From the NCBI RefSeq assembly GCF_006345805.1, contig NW_021830104.1, forward strand, positions 1 to 5,258: a DNA stretch of 5,258 nucleotides, written 5' to 3'. This stretch comes from Octopus sinensis (Eukaryota). Position 1 is the first letter of the stretch. Each line of letters begins with the position of its first letter. A program made the translations under genes and the position numbers. Below the pieces are notes generated by a model. The model ran no database searches and had not been told where the DNA came from. It worked only from the letters and a program-made list of their open reading frames with translations. Shown one piece after another: positions 1 through 5,258 of this stretch.

Positions 1-159
1 TGTAGGTTTTTTCTTTCCAAGGCTACACCTAAACTGTGAACCTTATATATATATATATTGCTTTTTTATACACCACACAACCCACAGATCTCTATTGATC
101 AAACGTTGTTTGTTTTTTGTGCCCCACCCATCCCACCGCTCGAAAAGAAAAAAATTGTC

Positions 160-308
160 GTTGGTTGTCGTTAGGAAGGGCATCAGCTGTAGAAACACTG
201 CCAGATCAGACTGGGGCCTGGAGCAGCCGCCTTGCTTCCCAAACCTCAGTCAAACCGTCTACCTATGCTAGCATGGAAAACGGACGTTTAAAAACCGATG
301 AATATGAT

Positions 309-354
<46 letters not shown>

Positions 355-518
355 GCAACCCCACTACACTCTTGGAGTGGTTGGCGTTAGGAAGGGCATC
401 CAGCTGTAGAAACACTGCCAGATCAGACTGGGGCCTGGTGCAGCCTCTGGCAATCCCAGATCCCCGGTCGAACCGTCCACCCCGCTAGCAGGAAAGCGGA
501 CGTTAAACGATGATATGA

Positions 519-568
<50 letters not shown>

Positions 569-779
569 TATGTATGTATAGCACCCCTACACTCACGGAG
601 TGGTTGGCGTTAGGAAGGGCATCCAGCAGTAGAAACTCTGCCAGATCAGATTGGAGCCTGGTGCAGAGTGCTGGCTTCCCAAATCTCAGTCAAAACCGTC
701 TAACCTTTGCTACCATGGAAAACGTACGTTATAAACGATGATATATATATATATATATATATATAGATATATATATATA

Positions 780-825
<46 letters not shown>

Positions 826-1173
826 ATGTAGCCACTCACGACACTCTTGGAGTGGTTGGCGTTAGGAAGGGCATCCAGCTGTAGAACACTGCAGATCAGA
901 CTGGGGCCTGGTGCAGCTTCTGGCATCCCAGATCCCCGGTCGAACCGTCCAACCCACGCTAGCATGGAAAGCAGACGTTAAACGATGATATGATAAATAT
1001 ATATATATATATGTAGCACCACCTACACTCACGGAGTGGTTGGCGTTAGGAAGGGCATCCAGCAGTAGAAACTCTGCCAGATCAGACTGGAGCCTAGTGC
1101 AGTCTCCTGACTTCCCAAATCTCAGTCAAACCGTCTAACCTTTGCTATCATGGAAAACGTACGTTAAACGATG

Positions 1174-1215
<42 letters not shown>

Positions 1216-1767
1216 GCACTCACGACACTCTTGGAGTGGTTGGCGTTAGGAAGGGCATCCAGCTGTAGAAACATTGCCAGATCAGACTGGGGCCTGGTGC
1301 AGCCTTCTGGCATCCCAGATCCCCGGTCGAACCGTCCAACCCACGCTAGCATGGAAAAGCGACGTTAAACGATGATATGATGATATATATATATATATAT
1401 ACATATGTAGCACCCCTACACTCACGAGTGGTGGCGTTAGGAAGGCTTCCAGCTGTAGAACACTGCCAGATCTGACTGGGGCCTGGTACACTGGCTTACT
1501 GCCTTCTGGCATCCCAGACCCTGGTCGAACCGAACCGCCCAAATATCTAGCATGAAAACGGACGTTAAACGATGATATATATATATATATATATATATAT
1601 GGTATATTGTAGCACCCACTACACAAACTCACGGAGTGGTTGGCGTTAGGAAGGGCATCCAGCTGTAGAAACACTGCCAGATCAACTGGGGCTGGTGCAG
1701 CCTCCTGGCTTCCAAAACCTCAGTCGAACCGTCCAACCCGTGCTAGCACGGAAAACGGACATTAAAC
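160..1767 (+). repeat. Tandem array of 8 copies of a ~160-bp SINE/non-LTR 3' fragment, separated by (TA)n microsatellites
   Basis: The anchor GGCGTTAGGAAGGGCATCCAGC (with small variants) recurs at about 167, 383, 606, 858, 1042, 1242, 1433 and 1642. Units 2-8 start at TAGCA/TAGCC right after a (TA)n run and end at GTTAAACGATGAT. The end motif followed by (GAT)n is a typical non-LTR retroposon tail. Similarity to an abundant Octopus (possibly RTE-related) SINE is from recall only. Confidence 0.9.
307..1600. repeat. Seven (TA)n spacer microsatellites at about 307-351, 521-571, 741-827, 998-1012, 1174-1208, 1383-1400 and 1575-1600
   Basis: Directly visible dinucleotide runs of variable length between the units of the 160-1767 array. 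Confidence 0.95.
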
Positions 1768-2059
1768 GATGATGATGATGATGATGATGGTGATGGTGAT
1801 GGTGATGGTAATAATAATAATGATGATGATGATGATGATGACGATGATGATCATGATGATGATGATGATGACGATGATAATGACGACGACGACGATGATG
1901 ACGACGATGATGACGATGATAACGATGATGACGATGATGATGATTATGATGATGATGATGACGATGATGACGATGATAACGATGATGACGATGATGATGA
2001 TTATCATGATGACGACGACGATGATGACGATGATAACGATGATGACGATGTTGATGATT

Positions 2060-2092
<33 letters not shown>

Positions 2093-2248
2093 ATGACGAT
2101 GATGATGACGATGATGATGATGATGATGATGATGTTGTTGATGACGATGATTATGATGATGATGATGATGATGTTGATGAGGATGAGGATGATGAGGATG
2201 ATGACGATTATGATGATTATGATGATTATGATGATGATGAGGATGATT

Positions 2249-2294
<46 letters not shown>

Positions 2295-2403
2295 CGATTA
2301 TGATGATTATGATGATTATGATGATGATGAGGATGATGAGGATGATGATGATGACGACGACGACGACGACGATGATGACGATGATGATGATGACAATGAT
2401 GAT
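1768..2403 (+). repeat. Compound (GAT)n trinucleotide tract, the expanded tail of the last SINE unit
   Basis: Begins immediately after ...ATTAAAC of unit 8. Contains about 212 triplets in one unbroken phase, mostly GAT with GAC, TAT, GAG, AAT, AAC, GGT and GTT variants. Confidence 0.95.
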
Positions 2404-2434
2404 CTTCAAATTATAAAAGCCAAAAAGCCATCTT

Positions 2435-2462
2435 GTGATTTCATTTTGTTCCTTTTTTTCAG
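2435..2462 (+). promoter_or_regulatory. 3' splice site: candidate branch point, polypyrimidine tract and AG acceptor
   Basis: gtgatttcattttgttcctttttttcAG, with AG at 2461-2462. Possible branch adenosines are at 2438 (gtgAt) or 2443 (ttcAt). Lies directly before an in-frame kinase exon. Confidence 0.85.
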
Positions 2463-2596
2463 GTCTGCGAGATGAATGATGGATCAAAGGCTGTGAAACT
2501 TGGAGATTTTGGATTAGCAACCGATTCAAAACAACCCTTGTTCGTTGTTTGCGGAACCCCTACTTATGTGGCCCCGGATATTCTGTCAGAAAAAGG
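2463..2596 (+). CDS. DCLK: Internal coding exon (134 bp, phase 0 to phase 2) of a doublecortin-like / CAMK-group Ser/Thr kinase, subdomains VII-VIII
   Basis: Manual translation gives [44 protein letters not shown](G). It contains KLGDFGLA and [12 protein letters not shown], and as I recall it matches DCLK1/2 ([14 protein letters not shown]...[13 protein letters not shown]) and DCLK3 ([17 protein letters not shown]). Canonical AG/GT boundaries. The paralogue cannot be assigned from this exon alone. Confidence 0.92.
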
Positions 2597-2602
2597 GTAA
2601 GT
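2597..2602 (+). promoter_or_regulatory. 5' splice donor GTAAGT
   Basis: AAAAGG|GTAAGT is a perfect intronic consensus and ends the kinase exon within the Gly codon that would precede YG...D of subdomain IX. Confidence 0.9.
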
Positions 2603-2610
2603 GTTTATAT
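2598..2610 (+). repeat. Left target-site duplication TAAGTGTTTATAT
   Basis: An identical 13-mer occurs at 3960-3972, and the pair brackets the SINE concatemer. The inner boundary is ambiguous by 1-2 nt because the TA-rich target overlaps the SINE tail. Confidence 0.85.
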
Positions 2611-3959
2611 ATATTTCTTTACTACCCACGAGGGGCTAAACACAGAGGGGACAAACAAGGACAGACAAAGGGATTAAGTCGATTACATCGACCCCAGTGC
2701 GTAACTGGTACTTAATTTATCGACCCCGAAAGGATGAAAGGCAAAGTCGACCTGCGGCGAATTGAACCCAGAACACTTAACGGCAGACGAAATACCTATT
2801 TCTTTACTACCCACAAGGGGCTAAACACAGAGGGGACAAACAAGGACAGACAAAGGGATTAAGTCGATTACATAGACCTCAGTGCGTAACTGGTACTTAA
2901 TTTATCGACCCCGAAAGGATAAAAGGCAAAGTGGACCTCGGCGGAATTTGAACCCAGAACACTTAACGGCAGACGAAATACCTATTTCTTTACTACCCAC
3001 AAGGGGATAAACACAGAGGGGACAAACAAGGAAGACAAACGGATTAAGTCGATTACATAGACCCCAGTGCGTAACTGGTACTTAATTTATCGACCCCGAA
3101 AGGATGAAAGGCAAAGTCGACCTCGGCGGAATTTGAACCCAGAACACTTAACGGCAGACGAAATACCTATTTCTTTACTACCCACAAGGGGCTAAACACA
3201 GAGGGGACAAACAAGGACAGACAAACGGATTAAGTCGATTACATAGACCCCAGTGCGTAACTGGTACTTAATTTATCGACCCCGAAAGGATGAAAGGCAA
3301 AGTCGCCCTCGGCAGAATTTGAACCCAGAACACTTAACGGCAGACGAAATACCTATTTCTTTACTACCCCAAGGGGCTAAACACAGAGGGGACAAACAAG
3401 GACAGACAAAGGGATTAAGTCGATTACATAGACCCCAGTGCGTAACTGGTACTTAATTTATCGACCCCGAAAGGATGAAAGGCAAAGTCGACCTCGGCGG
3501 AATTTGAACCCAGAACACTTAGCGGCAGACGAAATACCTATTTCTTTACTACCCCAAGGGGCTAAACACAGAGGGGACAAACAAGGACAGACAAAGGGAT
3601 TAAGTCGATTACATCGACCCCAGTGCGAAACTGGTACTTAATTTATCGACCCCGAAAGGATTGAAGGCAAAGTCGACCTCGGCGGAATTTGAACCCAGAA
3701 CACTTAACGGCAGACGAAATACCTATTTCTTTACTACCCACAAGGGGCTAAACACAGAGGGGACAAACAAGGACAGACAAACGGATTAAGTCGATTACAT
3801 CGACCCCAGTGCGTAACTGGTACTTATTTAATCGACTCCGAAAGGATGAAAGGCAAAGTCGACCTCGGCGGAATTTGAACCCAGAACACTTAACGGCAGA
3901 CGAAATACGGCTACGCATTTCGCCCGGCGTGCTAACAATTCTGCCAGCTCGCCGCCTTC
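2611..3959 (-). mobile_element. tRNA-type SINE concatemer: one 5' head plus seven head-to-tail 185-186-bp body units
   Basis: Units start (on +) with TATTTCTTTACTACC at 2612, 2797, 2983, 3168, 3354, 3539 and 3724. On the minus strand the element begins GGCGGCGAGCTGGCAGAATTGTTAG (3956 downward; A-box-like) and contains GGTTCAAATTCC (B-box). The central GACTTTGCCTTTCATCCTTTCGGGGTCGATAAATTAAGTACCAG resembles a conserved metazoan SINE core (Meta-domain-like, from recall). Flanked by a 13-bp TSD. Confidence 0.9.
3870..3946 (-). promoter_or_regulatory. Internal Pol III type-2 promoter of the concatemer head: A-box (3932-3946) and B-box (3870-3881)
   Basis: The minus strand reads TGGCAGAATTGTTAG, then GGTTCAAATTCC about 65 nt further on. 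These match the TRGCNNARYNNG and GTTCRANNC consensus loosely and well, respectively. Confidence 0.7.
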
Positions 3960-3972
3960 TAAGTGTTTATAT
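3960..3972 (+). repeat. Right target-site duplication TAAGTGTTTATAT
   Basis: Exact copy of 2598-2610, located 3 nt beyond the SINE 5' end (GCCGCC ending at 3956, then TTC). Confidence 0.85.
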
Positions 3973-4172
3973 GGCCTAGTGGTTAGAGCAGCAGGCTAGT
4001 GGTCGAGGGAAAACACCTAAGCTACACGTGGCTCCGGCAGAAGGAATTGGCGAACTTCTGCAGACTCTTCCGCCACATCTTTCTCTTACTCTTTCCTCTT
4101 GCATCTTGCAGCTCACCTGCGATGGACCAACGTCCCGTCCAGGTGGGGAACCTATACGCCAAGAAACCGGGA
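3971..4172 (+). mobile_element. tRNA-derived SINE (family 2), plus-strand copy with internal B-box deletion and truncated 3' end
   Basis: Has an A-box (TGGCCTAGTGGTTAG). It then aligns with the reverse complement of 4261-4510 except for a ~47-bp gap after GAGGGA (4010). Ends at AAGAAACCGGGA. Contains CTGCGATGGAC..CGTCCCGTCCAGG, similar to L2-type SINE tails (recall). Confidence 0.85.
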
Positions 4173-4210
4173 TTGCTAACTGAAAATATATTCCTTGTGA
4201 TGTATGGAGA

Positions 4211-4517
4211 AGTTTTTGTTCGTTCCTTCTCGAGCCATCCCTGGCTCATAAGGGCCGGTTTCCCGGTTTCTTGGCGTATAGATTCTCCACCTGGACGGGA
4301 CGCCAGTCCATCGCCGGTGAGCTGCAAGATGCAGGAGGAAAGAGTGAGAGAAAGTTGTGGCGAAAGAGTCAGCGGAAGTTCGCCATTAACTTCTGCCGGA
4401 GCCGTGTGGAGCTTAGGTGTTTTCGCTCATAAATACACATATCGCCCGGTCTGAGATTCGAACCCGCGATCCCTCGACCGCGAGTCCTCTGCTCTAAACA
4501 CTAGGACATGTGCCTCC
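4211..4517 (-). mobile_element. tRNA-derived SINE (family 2), full-length minus-strand copy 1
   Basis: The minus strand starts GGAGGCACATGTCCTAGTGTTTAG (degenerate A-box), has the B-box GGGTTCGAATCTC (4453-4465), and ends ...GGCTCGAGAAGGAACGAAC. Confidence 0.88.
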
Positions 4518-4547
4518 ACACACACACACACATACACACATATATAT
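4518..4547. repeat. (CA)n-(TA)n spacer; a related spacer lies at 4853-4878
   Basis: ACACACACACACACATACACACATATATAT between SINE copies; the second spacer is ACACACTCACACGCACACATATAAAT. Confidence 0.85.
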
Positions 4548-4852
4548 AGTAGTTTGATCCTTCTTGAGCCACGCCTGGCTCATAAGGGCCGGTTTCCCAG
4601 TTTCCTCGGCGTATAGGTTCCCCACCTGGACGGGACGCCAGTCCATCGCAGGTGAGCTGCAAGATGCAGGAGGAAAGAGTGAGAGAAAGTTGTGGGCGAA
4701 AGAGTCAGCGGAAGTTCGCCATTACCTTCTGCCGGAGCCATGTGGAACTTAGGTGTTTCGCTCATAAATACACACATCGCCCGGTCTGAGATTCGAACCC
4801 GCGATCCCTCGACCGCGAGTCCTCTGCTCTAAACACTAGGCCATGTGCCTCC
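4548..4852 (-). mobile_element. tRNA-derived SINE (family 2), full-length minus-strand copy 2
   Basis: The minus strand starts GGAGGCACATGGCCTAGTGTTTAG (A-box about 4829-4843), has the B-box at 4788-4800, and ends ...AGAAGGATCAAACTACT. Collinear with copy 1. Confidence 0.9.
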
Positions 4853-4878
4853 ACACACTCACACGCACACATATAAAT

Positions 4879-5070
4879 AGTAGTTTGTTCCTTCTCGAGC
4901 CACGCCTGGCTCATAAGGGTCGGTTTCCCGGTTTCCTCGCGTATAGGTTCCCCACCTGGACGGGACGCCAGTCCATCGCAGGTGAGCTGCAAGATGCAGG
5001 AGGAAAGAGTGAGAGAAAGTTGTGGCAAAAGAGTCAGCAGAAGTTTGCCCTTACCTTCTGCCGGAGCCAC
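4879..5070 (-). mobile_element. tRNA-derived SINE (family 2), 5'-truncated minus-strand copy 3
   Basis: Matches copies 1 and 2 from AGTAGTTTG to CCGGAGCCAC, then similarity stops. No A- or B-box. Confidence 0.88.
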
Positions 5071-5129
5071 TTTTACTTAGTTCAAACATACGTATATAGA
5101 CACACATCAACCAAGTCACATCAACCATA

Positions 5130-5258
5130 GGGGTAGGAGGGCTGTGTGGTAGTAGCTTGCTTACCATCCACGTGGTTCCGGGTTCAGTCCCCCTGCTTGG
5201 CACCTTGGGCAAGTGTCTTCTACTATAGCCTCAGGCCGACAATGCCTGTGGAGTGGAT
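5130..5258 (+). mobile_element. tRNA-derived CORE-like SINE (family 3), 5' part, runs off the window end
   Basis: A-box-like GGCTGTGTGGT (5140-5150), B-box-like GGTTCAGTCCC (5181-5191), then CACCTTGGGCAAGTGTCTT, which resembles the CORE-SINE motif GACCTTGGGCAAGTCACTT. Confidence 0.75.

Noticed and set aside
1-160. Degenerate AT-rich left flank, possibly an eroded start of array unit 1
   Set aside because: No alignable motif, ORF or splice signal can be supported.
117-1674. ORFs of 60-130 aa on both strands in the upstream array
   Set aside because: They are translations of the SINE unit and (TA)n (IYIY runs). They are frameshifted differently in each copy and show no recognisable domain.
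160-1767. Scattered single-base indels as evidence of unit age
   Set aside because: Many fall in homopolymers and may be long-read errors, so only multi-base variants shared between units were used.
1762-2529. Poly-Met/poly-Ile ORFs and an open poly-Asp frame resembling acidic biomineralisation proteins
   Set aside because: These are the expected open frames of a (GAT)n tract, where stops need two or more substitutions. The tract is a retroposon tail, and the frame continuous with the kinase exon is the TGA-filled one.
3253-3641. Two near-identical 67-aa ORFs
   Set aside because: They depend on the ATA variant of one repeat base plus 1-nt deletions. They lie within a SINE array with no sign of codon-preserving selection.
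160-3908. CRISPR-like repeat/spacer appearance
   Set aside because: Units are 160-186 bp, spacers are absent or are microsatellites, there are no cas genes, and the context is a spliceosomal intron.
2612-3908. Hammerhead ribozyme or retrozyme in the tandem units
   Set aside because: I found no CUGANGA...GAAA core on either strand by eye. Small hairpins exist (GTCGAT-TAC-ATCGAC, CCAGT-GCGTA-ACTGG) but match no ribozyme I can identify. A covariance-model search would be needed to exclude other classes.
4440-4852. tRNA genes at the A/B-box regions
   Set aside because: The tRNA-like heads continue into SINE bodies and lack a clean cloverleaf and acceptor stem, so they are called SINE heads.
3999-5130. 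ORFs of 62-151 aa over the family-2 SINE copies
   Set aside because: They overlap on both strands, are disrupted at different places in each copy, and contain no protein motif.

Overview
Eukaryotic intronic DNA, about 95% repeats, built around one short coding exon that the ORF track misses. The exon is 2463-2596 (+), 134 bp, flanked by ...ttttttttcAG and GTAAGT. It encodes [45 protein letters not shown], the DFG-to-APE activation segment of a doublecortin-like (DCLK-type) Ser/Thr kinase. The repeats resemble SINE families I recall from Octopus genomes; this taxon call is from memory, not a search. Upstream are eight head-to-tail SINE 3' fragments separated by (TA)n, with two alternating variants, and the last runs into a ~635-bp (GAT)n tract. 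Just downstream of the donor is a minus-strand tRNA-type SINE concatemer: one 5' head plus seven 185-186-bp body units. The whole concatemer is bracketed by a single 13-bp direct repeat (TAAGTGTTTATAT) that copies the splice donor except its first G. Next come four copies of a second tRNA-derived SINE (one +, three -), forming an inverted repeat, and the start of a third, CORE-like SINE. All ORFs in the supplied track appear to be repeat artefacts. The strongest lead is the TSD-flanked SINE concatemer with palindromic unit junctions, which suggests multimeric (rolling-circle or template-jump) retroposition.
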